DNA from: Lama glama
Lineage: Eukaryota
Direction of reading: 5' to 3'
Length of the DNA: 64,000 bases
Assembly: GCA_028534125.1 (NCBI GenBank)
Contig: CM052818.1
Coordinates: 44,828,001 to 44,892,000 of the forward strand
Part shown: piece after piece, positions 12,529 through 26,049 of the stretch
Layout of the letters: each line of letters begins with the position of its first letter
Position numbering within the stretch: the stretch's first letter is position 1
Program-made: the position numbers and the translations under genes
The notes under the pieces: model-generated
Seen by the model: only the letters and a program-made list of their open reading frames with translations
Told to the model about the DNA's origin: nothing
The model's database searches: none

Positions 12529-15500
12529 CAGAGGCTCAGTCTGGCGCTAAAACCTGTTCTCACTCCCCTTTTAAGGAAGAGGAGCCAGCCTGGGGCCACA
12601 GGCCCACCCCGGACTCTCCTTCCCCTGCACCGAGGAGAAAGTTCCAGCGTCACCACCTGCTGCTACAACAAGCAAGGTTATTTCAGACACCGCAAGGCTT
12701 GAAAAAGCAAAGGGAGGAAGAGAAGCTTAGTTTAGCCTGGGTCTATTTTTGTGAACAGGAGAGTGACAGCCATAGAAATATGACAGAGAGTTCAGAGAGT
12801 CCTGGAATGGGAAATATTTGTGCTTTATTGTTCGACCCAGAAACTCCGGCCGAGTGCTAATCTCAGATGGATTCTGCCTGCTTCATAGGCAAACTAATAA
12901 TAAAAGTGATGGGGGTGGGGAGCATTTCCACACATGACACATCAAACACCCCACCCCTGAGATGACGCCCAGGCCTGCACAAGCCTCTTCCGGGTGGCTT
13001 CGTACACTGAGCGCGGTGGGACGGGGCATCAGCGTCTGTAGCCCAGCAGCAGAGGAGGGGAACGTACAGTTCTCCAGGGAAGCTGGTGGCTGGGAGCCTC
13101 ATAATCAGAGAGTGAGTGTGGCTTCCAACAGGTCCTGGTTCCATACCAGACTAAATTTTCTCATTTCCTTAAATGTCCTTTTTCTAATAAACTTGGGCAA
13201 CAATCGTGCATTCAATAAATGTTACTGAGCATCTACCAGGGGAGTCTGGGGGCAGACATCAACCTGGGTGGGGGCAGCCAGAGGACCTGTTGCTGTCCTT
13301 CTCTGCCACTGGTTTTGGCTAAGACATTCTAGATTAGCTATTGAACAGGAACCCTCCCTGTCTCTGAATATTGGGAAGAAGGGGCCCTGCCCCCCGCCGA
13401 AGGTTCCCGGGTCACACTTGGAACGGGCCCCGCCTTTGGCAGCGCTCTGTAGACCACCTGGCCAGGCTGGCTCTGCCAGGTCAGAGCCTGCCTGCTGTTC
13501 GCTGTACAAGCCAGGCCGCTCAGGACCCGCCCCACACTGACCTTTGGTCTTTGTCTTTCCAGATAGCAGCTGGCAGATTTTTCCACTAAAAAAATTTTTT
13601 TTAAAAATTCTAACAGGTCATTGTGTTACATAAATTTAAGCCTTCACAGAACATCCTGTTACAGGAAAATAGAAGGATCTTTCAGGGAACCAAAGGGTCT
13701 CAAGAGTGACTGGAACCAGGAACAGGGGAGCTGTCGGAACGGTCTCCCAGGTGCTGGGGTCACCACAGGACAGTTCCATCGTGGGCTCTGTGGTCAAGCT
13801 CCCTCGGCTCGTCTTGGCACACCACCAGCATGGCAGCCCCAGGCCTGGTGTGGCCGGTCTCCCACTCAAGGGCCCAGCAAAAGCCGAGCAGCATTTCCCA
13901 GTCAAGAGTCAAAACCTGGAAAGAGAAGCTCTGACTGGCCCTGCTTGGGTCCTTGTCCGTCTCTAGTCCAATTAACCAAAGCTTGTGTGAGGGCGGGGGT
14001 CACCCCGCATGAACGGGGTTAGTTCTCAAAGCAAAGGGGGTTTGCGCTGAGGATGACACGCTAAAGCTTGTCCAGAACAGTCTGCTACTTTAGACAAAAC
14101 GGACATGTTGGAGTTATGGCTGCTCTGGTTTAAAATATGCTTCGTAACACCCTCCTCTCTGAGTTTTTGTGAGAAAATGGGTTGCATACTCAAGGACTTG
14201 CTCAAGTCTAAGGGGCTGGGTGGAGGCTGGTGACATTCTCCTTAGGGAAGTTGCCACGGGCAGCCTGGCACTGACTCCACAGAGCCAGCTATGAGCGTCT
14301 CAGGGCCCTGCGTGCGGGGGCGCGGAGCAGGGAGCCCGCAGCTTGGTGCATGCGCCCCCATGCTGGCAGGCAGCACCTGCCCCGCCCCAGCCAAGTGCAG
14401 GCGGTGCCATCTCCGCATCCACTCCCTCGGAGAGGCGCCAGGCAGCGCCCAGGTCGTCTTCAGTGCTCAGCAATGAGATGTGCTCCGCGGAAGCCCAGAA
14501 CAGTATAAATAGGCCTCTTTATTTCCCTGCCTTCACGCTAAGAAAAAAGAACAGCAGCCCTGGGGAAGAAGGACATTCCAGAAATGCCACAGAGAGACCT
14601 CTGTGAGCGCTGTGCTGTGTCTGCTACAGGAAACACTTCATGAGAGAGACAGGCCCTGCAGGAGGAGATGGGGCCACCAGCCAGCCCGGAAGAGGAGACT
14701 GACTTCCCAGCTCACAGGGGGAGCCCTGACAGCAAGAGGCCCAGCCCTCAGGGCCCAGGCCAGTTTGCTTCCCCCCATGTCATGTTTTCTCTCCTTGAAG
14801 CCGGGGGACTGTTGCCCTAGTCTGTCATTCTGAGTCGACCCCCCAGATCTCTGATGGCCCAAAGATCTGGGGGTGGAGGGGGGAGAAGTGGGAGGGGAAT
14901 GGCTGTTAATAGTTTTAAACAAAACCATTTTCAAACAGAGTCTCCATTCAAGTACATCAAGAATAAAGTCCTGCTTCTAACTGGAGACTTATTTACTCAA
15001 TGGGGAAAATAGAACCTTTTCGGTTCTACAGCTCCTGATGTGTGCACTGGGGACACCAAGCTGTAAAAAGGAAAAGAAAGGTTTCTCCAGGGCCCCACCC
15101 TCGGCTGGGCGACTGGCAAGCCCTCCGGATGGACCGGCATCTCCATGTGATGATCTCTTTTGCTTTGAGAAAATAAAGGTGAAACCTCTGCAGATAAATT
15201 TTTTTCCCTATACGGACAAACAAAATACACACACACGCATACACACAGCCCCACCATCTACTGTCTTACTGAGTTACATTTTTCCAACTTGTTTCTCAAT
15301 ACTCAGCTCCTGATTTGTGCCTGCTGACATAATTTGGGTACAAGGTTCAGGTTGGGAACAGCTGTTCCCACACCGTTTCTTTTCAGTCACAGAAAACAGG
15401 GTTGCAAGTTTGGGTTTATTGTGAAGACGTTGAAGAAGGGAACATACAGCTCGTGTGGGCCTGTGTTGCCTATTTCGGGATCGGGACTTCTGAGTCATGG

Positions 15501-16419
15501 ACTAAATTAGACACAGGTGTTCTCAGCAGCCTGGACGGCTGAGTGACGTGAGGAGAGCCCTGTCCCACGGGCTCTGCTCTTTGAGGGTCCTAGGGCAGAG
15601 GAGGACTCAGGACAGTCAGGACGGGGAGAAAAGCACTCAGGCACTCTTAACATTAGGCCCCCAAAGCGGCCTCTGGGTAAGGACTAAGTTGTGGTTACTC
15701 CTTGGTAAGGTCTGGTTTCAAATCCTGGTCACAGTGGCTTCTACTCTCAGATACATAAGGCAGCTCGCTCACTTATTTCAATTCTGTAGCCTATCAGGTG
15801 GTACTAATTCATAAATTACAAGGTCTTTCTAGAAATCAAGTGCAGTGACTAGTAACTGCCCCACACATAGTAGATGCTTAACACATAGCACATACCATGA
15901 CTGGTTTCATTCCTGAATTGCCCTTTGTTAGTTCTGTCTTCCACTCCCAGACCCTCAAGCTAAGCTGTTGGAGGGCAAGGACTGAATTATTCATCTTTGT
16001 AATCCCCGAAGGACAGGAAGGGATGCAGGTGGTCATCAGCAAACCCTCCTGGGCTAACCTATCAGCAGCTGGGAACCCCCACTGCCATCCTGACCCTATC
16101 TTGACATACTGATGGGATGGACGTACCACAGAGCGTGCTTCTGAACGCCCCTTCACGCATCATGGTGTTGATTAGCAGAGTGAGAAACAGACAGGAAGCA
16201 AGCAGGAGAAACCTGGAAACACACAGCTTACTTCAGTCGAAGCGTCAAGTGCATTAAGGGGAGGACAGAAGTCCTGTGGACAGAAGACTTTCCAGGGAAG
16301 GGTCAGAGGTGAGAGCTGCCCAGGCTCTGGTTCTGATTCAGCAGGCAGACCCCCGGTGCAAGGGCCAGGGAGGGCTGCGGAGTTCTGCAAATGTGGCTGA
16401 GGGTGTGGACGTTTGGGTG

Positions 16420-16720
16420 ACTGTCATTCATTCGTCAAGTGCTATGAGGACCCGCTATGTGCCAAGCACCGGGCAAGGGGCTGCAGATGCAATGGAGAAT
16501 GAGACATAGTCCAGTGGGCATTTAGACAAAGCAGAGCTGATTATAAAATGCTGGGGCACGAGGAGTCAGTACTCAGAGGTGAGGGAAAGGTGCTGGGGAG
16601 GGGATAGCCCAGCTGGGATCAGAAGGTCAAGTTGGAGTAGGACTGGCCGGAGGAGGAAGAGCATTCCAAACAGAGAACAGCACTTGAAAGGCCCCAGGAC
16701 GCTTGGCTTGAAAGTCGGAC
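16420..16720 (-). mobile_element. L2 fragment
   Basis: 'cattcattcgtcaagtgctatgaggacccgctatgtgccaagcacc...gcattccaaacagagaacagcacttgaaaggccc'. Confidence 0.6.
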
Positions 16721-19170
16721 AGGGAGCTTACAGAAGCCGTTAGAGGGACTGGTGCTGGGACCCACCCACCAGATCCAGTGGTGGGGACCCTGAGACAGTC
16801 TCCCAGGTGAGAGGCTAGACATTTTAGGGAGCATCCTTCCTGGGGGTTACAGATGCTCCGCATCCAGCCAGGAATGGAGGAGGTGAGTAAGAAATGCCCC
16901 GAGGCTGAGAGCAGGAAAACCTGAAGGGACAGCTTCATCCACGACCAGCGGTGCTTGGAAATCCCCTCGCTCCTCGGTGATGTCTCCGCCATCCCAAGCC
17001 TTAAAACCCCGCCGTCTAAGAGGCCGCTGCCTCCATGGGGCTCAGCACAGGACAACACGCAACAGGTGTCTGCGCTTGCGAAAGTGGAAGGGAGCAGAGT
17101 ACAAGCACGCACCGCTCCGCCCCGTCCTCCCCCTGGGCAGACAACACAGGGTGCCACGGAGGGGAAATAATGGGACGGGCCGCAGGAGTCCCAGGTCTGG
17201 GCCCTCAGCAAGTCACTTTCCCTCTCGAGTCTCAATTTCATCTGCAGAATAGCATGGTTTTGTATCTGCCTGTTGGGCTCGTAAAGTTACACGTGATGGT
17301 CAGCTGCTATATGATAATGCATGTGTATCTTGAAACTGTAAAGGGAAGACTGGCTCTATTTAAGGACCTCCAGATGTCTGCTGTCTCAGGTTCAGGACTG
17401 TGGTTACTGTCATCAGTATGGCCAAGTGGGAAAGAGCCGGCACTTTTCTTCCCAGAGAGCAGCAGAGCGTGTTCCCTCTGCCCACTGAGGAAGCTGACTT
17501 CAGGCATCAACGAGCATCACCGGGAAGTCACGGTCATGGGTCCCCGAAGGGTCCTGCTCCCAGCTCTTCCCTGCTTGTGCAGGAAGCCAGAGAGGCCACA
17601 TCAGGCCTCGACACAGGGGTGGGGTTCCCTGGGGTCAAAGTCAGAGAGAAACTCGGAACCCTGGAATGCTCGGGCTGGGAGGGACCTTTGGACGGATCCA
17701 GTAAACAGTTGTTCAGTGCCTTCAATATGCACCAGGCACCGGGCCAGGTGACTTATAGACATTAAATAGCCTCCATGACAACCTGGGCTGACGCATCATT
17801 GTTATCTCCGTTTTGTGAGTTCACATGGGCGACAGGGCTAGCCAAGGGCATGTGCCGCCCATCTGGATCCGTATCCTCTCATTGCTTGGGTTTCTTCTCA
17901 GATCTTCAGAGATACCTTCCATGTTCCTTCTCTCCCATGGCACCTGGATATGTTACATAACGCCTTTGCAATTACATACATCTTTGTGTGTTGCCTTTTT
18001 TAATGTCTATGTTTCCAGCTGGACTGTACACACAGGAACCAGAACTCTATTTTGTTCACTACTGCTGTTCTAGTGCTTTGGAAGCATTCAAGAAAACACC
18101 TGTTATATCAGAATAAACACAGGTATTAAAAACTTAAACATCCACTGGGTCCACAATCATCCCTGCCCATCTCATAGTTTACACAGTCCCCAAAGCCTTG
18201 CAGGTGCTCAAAGAATTCATCATGACTGAGGAATAGCCACTTAAACTTGCTCCTTACCTGTTGAATATATGCAGATCGTGGCTGCTTCTGCCCTGGCAGA
18301 GAATCATGGTTTGTCTAGACAAACATCCAACTTGCATAGGTTCAGCCAGAGCTCAGCTCAGATCATGCTGTCATTAACGTCATTCATGTGCATTCATGTT
18401 AACTGCACCATTTCCTTGCTGGAAAGGCCCTCTTCCCTCTTCTCCAACCTCAATCCTGGGAATTACCGGAAATTACCACCAAAGCTCTTACACTAATGTG
18501 GATACATAGTAGGCGCTTTTTAACTGCTGGCTCCCTTCCTTTCTCCACCTGGCAAGGGTGGGCCCTGGCCCTAGTCCTTGCCACCCCAGCCCCCAGGTAT
18601 GTCCCATCCTCTGAACTCTCACACCGCTAGCTCATCCCTCTGTATTTGGCTGGGAACTCAGCAAACTCAGAACTGAAGACATTTCTCTGCTCAGCACATG
18701 AGTCTTTCAGTCCAGACTGTGAGCATCTTGAAGAAAGGGACTCAGCCTCATGCTTCACAGTCTCACCCTTCTTGTTCCCAAACAGCATTGATTTCAGGCC
18801 TGGCCTTGCACACAGTAGGTGCTCTGTAAATAAGGACCAGGTCTTAGAGCCTTCTAAAGACCAAGGTGTAATGGATGTAGAACAAGCTAGGAAAGCATTT
18901 AAGTGTGAATCAGTTTTTCCTCCTTCCAGTTCTGAATTGGGTTCTGTGACCCCATTGCTTTAACACACCCAGTCCCCCCTCCAAGGGGACAGCCCGGGCC
19001 TGAGAGGAGACACACAGAGCTTTAGGACTGGAGCTGGATCACAGTGGGAAAGTGGATAGCATGTAAACAAAAGCTGAGTTAGCGTGTAACAAGGGGTCGA
19101 AGCAGAAGGGCAGAATCCTTTCCAAAGGGTTATCCTGAAGCCAAAACTGTTTTCAAAAGCCAGAAAGTCA

Positions 19171-19328
19171 CGGGGAGGGTATAGCTCAAGGGGTAGAGCA
19201 AATGCTTAGCATGTGTGATGTCTTGGGTTCAATCCCTACTACTTCCTCTAAGAATAAATAAATACTAAATAAACCTAATTACCTCCCCCCACCAATAAAT
19301 AAATAAATAAAATAAAATACACTTAGAA
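19171..19328 (+). mobile_element. tRNA-Ala-derived SINE (Vic-1-like)
   Basis: ggggagggtatagctcaaggggtagagc...gggttcaatccc, followed by an A-rich tail. TSD aaaagccag(a/g)aa(g/a)tca at 19155-19170 and 19329-19344. Confidence 0.9.
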
Positions 19329-20554
19329 AAAAGCCAGGAAATCAGAATCAGTCACTCATTGAAATTAGCCAAGCTAGGGGATGAGAGGGCGGTGGGAGCA
19401 GGGAGATGGCAGAGACAGACCATGAGCCTGAAGCTCGTTTTTGTGGGTGTGGACTTGGGACACGGAGGCTCAGACCAGTTTGATGGCTTAGAGTCCCAGG
19501 GATGCCCACACAGGCCTCCCCAGCTTCCCTCGGTTCCCTGGTGTCCAGACAAAAAAAGAACAAAGCCGTAGACAGACCGAGGGACCCATTTCCTGTTTCG
19601 TTAAAGCTGTGAGAGTGCCTTTTCCCTCCCGGGATCTCTCTCACATTCTGGGCTCAGGCTGTGTCCAGGGCCCAGCCCCTGGCTCCAGGCCAACCTGCAA
19701 GATTCCATTTCAGTCTGGAGTTTGAAATTTGTCACGCGTTGACGTTTTGGTCAAATGGCTTAGGAGCGCGCATGTCCGGAATCCAGCAAGTCTGCATTTT
19801 GCACAACCGCCCTCTTTTCACAAGGTGCTGTCTCAATTGCCGTGGAGAGCGGCAGAAATAGCAAGAACCTCCAAAGTGGATGTTGCCTAGTTTTCCCCTG
19901 CGAGCTTCTGCCAAGGGAGGGCAGGGGTGAGGCTGCAGACACAGGAATTTATTCATTAATCTCATTGACAGGCTACAAATGGGTTCCTTATCCACAACAG
20001 GCAAAAAGCTTTAATGAGCCCTCTTTTTGTTTTTCAAATCAGATATACAATAAGCTGATGACAATTAAAAAAATACAAAACAAGAATCTCCAGTTATGGG
20101 AGCAAAGCCCTTGGCTTCTGAGTTTCTGCCTCACTGAGGAAATGGATTTGAAATGGCAACGAGGAAATGAAGAGGTCAACTTTCATGTCTATTTTAGTTT
20201 TCCAGTGAGGTCCCATTTCCTTTTGCCTTTGTGTAAACAAAGAGAAGCCAGTTGTTAGTTTGCTTATTACAGATAACCTGTGTAAACTAAACGTAGTTTA
20301 TCTAAATGGGGATCTAATAAAGGACTAAACTTTTCCAAAATAAAACTTCTGAAGAAGCTAATAATGAGAATAATAGCAGGTATCACTTTATTGAGCAATT
20401 ACTATGTAACAGGTCCTTAGCGTACATTAGGAATATTGTTGACTGGCTACGCTATATCTTTTTCACCAGAAATCCTATTCTTCAAAGTCAATTGCAAAGT
20501 AATAAAATCATTTTTGCAACAGAGCGGGGTGTGTGTGTATATGTGTGTATGTGC

Positions 20555-20870
20555 TGCAGCTGAAACAATGTGAATACCAATAAACATGGGAACAGATGAA
20601 CAAAGTGTGCTATTTCCAAAGCATGAAAAATTATGCAACTATTAAAATCAGAACTTCACCAGATGCCTAGGATGGGTTTCAGAACGTATTTTTGAGTGAG
20701 AAAAGTAGGGTGCATAAAATTGTGTGTAATGCGATCTCTCTTTACAAATGACCGAAACACCTTTTATGTGGTTGTGTATATTTGCCTAAGCATATATGTC
20801 TATATGCTTTAGTTACTGTATTACCACAGAGAAAATTATGGAAGGTGATTTCTGAGTTGTCACCATGATT
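20555..20870 (+). mobile_element. Ancient L1ME-type 3' fragment
   Basis: 'gatgaacaaagtgtgctatttcca...ttatgcaactattaaaa...tttttgagtgagaaaagtagg...tgtgtgtaatgcgatc'. Confidence 0.5.
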
Positions 20871-22256
20871 ATGTGTGATGTGCTGTTGGCCTGGGTTTGG
20901 CAAAGAGCTGTGTATGATTTGAGTAGAGCAGGCTGGAGGCGGAGGGAGGAGTCAAAACAAATGAAAAGGAAGAAAAGAGCTCCAGGAAAATCGTGTCTAT
21001 ATATTCATGTAAAATTGTCTACATAAGTAATGAAAATACTAGAAAAATAGAAATAGTACCGAATTTTTGTCAACAATCTTCTGAAATATTACTTTTCACA
21101 TTTTATAGATGAGGAAACTGATGATCTGATTTGCCAAGGGCTATCTAATAGGCCAAGGCTCTCTGATTCCAAAGCCTAAATTCTTTTCCCGAAAATAGGA
21201 TGTAGTCTCCATGAAAAAAAATTCAAATATGATACTAAAGTAAAATGAAGATGGTAAAAATCACTAAAATCCAGAGATACTGTTGTTAGAATTTGAGGAA
21301 ACAGCCCTCCAGAAACTTCTGTGAGCATATATACCCTTTTAACATAGCTCACAAATATGCTGACATCAGCCTCTGTTAAGGTTATGAGGGAATCACCGCA
21401 TCCCTGAAAGAAATGGATGTTTCCACTGTCACTCATTCTGAAAAGTGGATAACCCTGGGCAGGAAATAAGGCTGCTCTTAGGGCTCACGGAGGAGGTGAC
21501 AAGTGCAGGACCTGCCTTGGGAGGCTCAAAATGGTCCCTGTAGTGGGAGTGAGCTGCCCTGACCTGCAGGCAGCCAACCCACCAAAACGTGCATGGGGAA
21601 TGAGTGAGGTGTATGGTGACCTCCATCCTCCAGAAGATCTGTTCCCCCTGGACAGCAGTCAAAGAAATTAGGAATGACCCTTTGGACAGGAGGAGGATGG
21701 TGTCCCCGCCCTGTGGTCAGATAGGAATGCTGTTTCTGGGCAAAACACGTAGCTGACCTCAGAGCTGCTCCTGACACAGCCCCACCAGTCCTTGGTCACA
21801 CCTTCTGATAAACCGTCTCCTGCTTATGTGCATAGAAGGGGCAGATCCACAAGGGCTGTCACAACTGTCGCCTCGTTGCAGCAGGAGGCCTCTTCTGAAA
21901 GAGACGTGGGCTGGAGGGTCCTCCCTTTTTGTCTGAGAAGACACTGAGGTGAAACAGCCACCATGAAGGCCACCACAGACGCAGCAAGTAGGGTCCAGAA
22001 GATGTACATGTGGCTGCAGAAGGGACCCTGTTATTCCCTCTGGCTGCCCAGGTGGTCACTGTTCTGGAAAGACACTGACCCTCTGCTTTAGTGACTGCAG
22101 AGAGGCCACCCTGGAGGCAGTGGGCAGAGGCTGGTCGATCACAGAGGGAGGCAGCCTCAAAGGACACAGCCAAGTTCATATTCTCTGGGAGACGGCAGCA
22201 AGGACGTCCTGTGAGGACTGATTCACAGACAGGGACATGTCTGGAGAAATATTTGG

Positions 22257-22646
22257 GTCACTTATATGTGGAATCTAAAAAAAGCTGAACTCATAGAATC
22301 AGAGAGTAGAATGGTGGTTACCAGGGGCTGGGGGAGGGGAGGCAGAATTGGGGAGATGTTAGTCAAAAGTAAAAACTTGGACTTAAGAGGATGAATAAAT
22401 TCTGGGGATCCAACGCACAGCACGGTGATTATTGTTAACTACACTGCATTATATACTTGAAAGTTAGTAGCAAACTAGATCTTAAATGTTCTTATCACAA
22501 AAAGAAATGATAATTACGTGATGTGATGGAGATGCTAGTTAACTCTAGGGTGGGAATCATATTACATTAATAAGTATATCAACCCAATACGTTGTACCTT
22601 AAAACCTACACAGTGTTATATGTCAATTTTATCTCAACTGAAAAGA
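22257..22646 (+). mobile_element. 5'-truncated L1 (L1MA-type 3' UTR)
   Basis: 'tcacttatatgtggaatctaaaaaa...agagagtagaatggtggttaccagggg...tgttatatgtcaattttatctcaa'. Perfect 12-bp TSD agaaatatttgg at 22245-22256 and 22647-22658. Confidence 0.9.
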
Positions 22647-22773
22647 AGAAATATTTGGAGAAGAGAATCACAAAGATAGACTCTTTCTTCTAATCTGGGT
22701 GGGTGTGAGCTCCTGGCCATTAAGATTTGAATATTCAGAATTGGCAACATTTTTGTATCCCAAGCTGGTGAAG

Positions 22774-22827
22774 TGGAAAATGTCAATTACATGGAAAATG
22801 TCAATTACATGGAAAGTATCAATTACA
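22774..22827. repeat. Tandem repeat, 3 x 18 bp (TGGAAAATGTCAATTACA)
   Basis: Units at 22774-22791 and 22792-22809 are identical. The unit at 22810-22827 has 2 mismatches. Confidence 0.95.
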
Positions 22828-22844
22828 TTGCTGTAGACATACAT

Positions 22845-23895
22845 GTCCAAAATACAGATCTTACCATGTCACTCGCCTGCTTAAAATCCACCAGCAGTCT
22901 CCCTTGAGATGAAGCCCAAACTCTGCAGCACAGAGCCCAGGCCACATCCCTTCTGTGGATTCTACCGCAGGCACACCGGCGTCTTCCAGCTCCTTCCTCG
23001 AGTCTCCAGGCCTTCACACATGCTTCTGCTTCTGCTTGGAACACTTCCCATTCCAGTCACCTAGATAGTTTCTATTCACCCTTTGATGTTCAGCTTAAAC
23101 TATCACCTCCCCTGGGAAGTCTTCCTTTGGCCATGCCTCCTCCCAGATTAGATTCAGTCCTCCTGTTCAGCACTCCTGTGATCACTGCATTTATTCACCC
23201 TTTATGGATGTGTTTTGCTTGGATAAGGATTCAGTCCTATTTGTTATTGCAGCCAAGTGTTTCATATACTATGGTTAGCATTTAATATCTGTTGAATGTT
23301 TGAATGATGAAAGTAAATAGTTTTACACGAAGGGATCATGTTCTGTAATCTCCCTGTTGGTATTCAACAATGCTGTAAGTCTGTCCTGCGCATTCAAGCC
23401 CTTTACAATCCAGCCCTCGTCAGCTTTGTCTTGTCTGCTTTCTAGTCTCTGAATATACTTTCCTTTTCCCCTGTAGTCTTTAGCACACAATAAGTGCTTA
23501 TTAAATCGCCCAAGTGAAACATTCTTGAATCTTTCCACATTCTTTCCTTTCTTAATGACATGCCTTTCTCCAGCCTCTGCCTAGCTACCTCCCACTGGTC
23601 CTCTGAGGCCCTACCACCGAAATACATCTCTGTATGAAGCTGTCTCTGTCTCTTCCAGAGTAAGTCAGGCCTCGCTCTGTGGTCCCTGCACCTTGCTCCT
23701 GTCTCCTCAGGCTCTGAGTGTGGACAACAATGTTGTGTTTATGAAACTGGTTCTCCAGCACAGCTCGGATCATTGATGGTGCTGGCACTGTGTCTTCTTC
23801 CATTTCTTGTCTCCAGCATCTAATTCTCAGCCACATAACTGATGTTCAGCAAGTATCTGTTGAAGGAATGAATGAATGAGTGAATGAATGAAGAA
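22845..23895 (+). mobile_element. L2 fragments (at least two 3' ends)
   Basis: 'atcttaccatgtcactcgcctgcttaaaa', 'gccttcacacatgct...tgcttggaacac', and terminal 'tgttgaatg' / 'gaatgaatgaatga' at ~23290 and ~23870. Confidence 0.65.
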
Positions 23896-25907
23896 AGTTT
23901 ACACTTTCACACTTAGAAACTGCCAGGTTAGGCAGCAAGATTGATTGGAAGCCGTCCCAATTCACTGCTGCAGACCGACAGTCCCTGTCAGTTGTGATCA
24001 GAGTCAGAGAAAGCATCCCAGCGTGCAGGAATTGGGTAGAATCCTTTTTTGTACATGATGAAAATGAGGCCGCTAATGTGAAGGTCACACAACAAATTAC
24101 ATAATAGTGAAGTTGGCCAAGATATTGAGATTGATATCCATGCATTTCAAGGGTTGTTAGTCAGCAGGATCTGATGTCACCTCTATTTCTGGTGACATAT
24201 GGTGCACTTTTTACTTCTTGACAAAATAATGATGATTTCTTAAAATTGTATAGCACTTTGGAGTTTACAAAGCCCTGCACACAAAAAAAAACTCTGAGTG
24301 AGGTATTTGTGGTTAAGTAACTTGCCAAGATCATCCAGTTCTTAAACGATGGATTCAGGGCTCGCACTTGAGTTTTCTGGCTCTACGTCCAGGGCACTTT
24401 CCAGGATACAATCTCTGCCTCCAACATCACAGCAAACGGTGGTTAAATATTGATTCTAGACTCATTTGTGGGAACCACCAGCGTTTCTAATCAATATCAT
24501 CACTTCCTACTTCTAAGAATTATCTGAAGGAGACATGGACTGGACTTGTCAAACCTTTACACAAGAAAGCTGATAAAATCTAAGGTAGGCTACCGGGGGA
24601 GCCAGAATGCGGCTTGTGTGTCGTGTTTGTTTCAAGCGTGTCAGTGAATCTGCAAGTGGAATTCTTGGTGTTTTAGGGCACTCAAAGTTATGAATGTGAA
24701 CAAAACAAGCAACCCCCCGAAGCATGATGTCTGCACAGAGTATGACCTCAATAAATATTTGCCAGTGAATTAATGTGCCTGTATTTAGAAACTCTCATAT
24801 AGTTTTTCTGCATTTAGCCAATATTTCCATAGAATGACTTTTAAAAATTTAAATGTGTTTTCCAAGTAGCTAAATCTATTCGTTTATGCTTTCATTCAAT
24901 GAAAAATGAATGTGAACCAGGTGCCGGACACGTGGTTCCCCATAACACAGCAGGGGACAAAACAAACCCCCACCCTCGTCGAGTTTGCATTCTTTTGAGG
25001 TAAGAGAAAAGGCTCATAACCAAACACTAAGTTATGTCTTACGTTAGGTGATAACTGCTGTGAAGGAAACTCTGGTAAGAAAAGGAGCTAAGGGTGAGAG
25101 GGGCTGCAGTTTAAATCAAGGCTCAGAAAGTGACATTTGAACAAAGCCTTGAGAACAAGAGGAATAAACTGGGGATTATCTTGGGGGAAAATCTTAACCT
25201 TTTGAACAAACATGTAGAATTTAAAAAAAATAAAAGAATTTTTTCCCTAATAGCTTATATACACTTCACTGCCTTCTAAGAGAGGCAAACGTGGTTGTCT
25301 AATTTTTTTTGATAACTCGGGCACTTTGGTGACTGTCGTGTAGTAATGTCCACAGAGGATGGGACTGCTGATGTTCTGAGGACTATTTGCCCCTCTGCCC
25401 AGTGGCCCCAAATCTGTTTCTCTTTTGCTCTGATTCCATGTCACCCAGTCAGCTATTACATCCTGCTGACTCAGGCAGTGTCTCTCTCTCACCACCCCCA
25501 AGCTTTCATCTGCTGTTCCTATATGTTGTTGGCTTGTTCGGGTTGGTTCTAGAGGAAAAAACCTAACATTTAACCCCAGGGCTTTATGACACCTGCTCTG
25601 TCTGTTCCGATAGGAACTGCCTTCCCTGTTTCCTTGTTCTCAATTTCCTTTCTGACTGTCTGAATGCCAAATCATTAAGCCTCCTAATTTGGGAAATATT
25701 GCTAACTAAGTCCTCATTTTCTTTCTTTTTAGAGCTCAGAACCATTTTCTTTCTGATTTCAACAGATTATCTTAATATGAGGGAAGCTGATGCCTAAATT
25801 CCACCCACGTGGCCAGGACAGACTCAGAGAAAGCTGTATCTAGTGGGGGGGAGATTTTCAGGAAGTCATCTAAGGGGAGGGGACCCAGCATGGAGGCACT
25901 GTCTCTA

Positions 25908-26049
25908 TTTTTTGTTTTGTTTTATTTTTTTTATGAGGGGGAGGTAATTTGGCTTATTTATTTATATTTGGAGGAGGTACTGGGTATTTAACTCAGGGCC
26001 TCGTACACACCAACCATGAGCTCTACCGCTCGAGCTACACCATCCCTCC
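25908..26049 (-). mobile_element. tRNA-Ala-derived SINE (Vic-1-like), diverged
   Basis: ttatgagggggaggtaatttggcttatttattt...ggaggaggtactggg...ctctacc...gagctacaccatccc. Confidence 0.85.

Noticed and set aside
16627..17765. Overlapping 204-aa (-) and 238-aa (+) ORFs
   Set aside because: No recognisable domain and no exon structure. They overlap L2/MIR-like sequence and are open on both strands, consistent with chance.
22774..22827. Regular repeats as a possible CRISPR-like array
   Set aside because: The units are contiguous with no spacers, and the DNA is eukaryotic.
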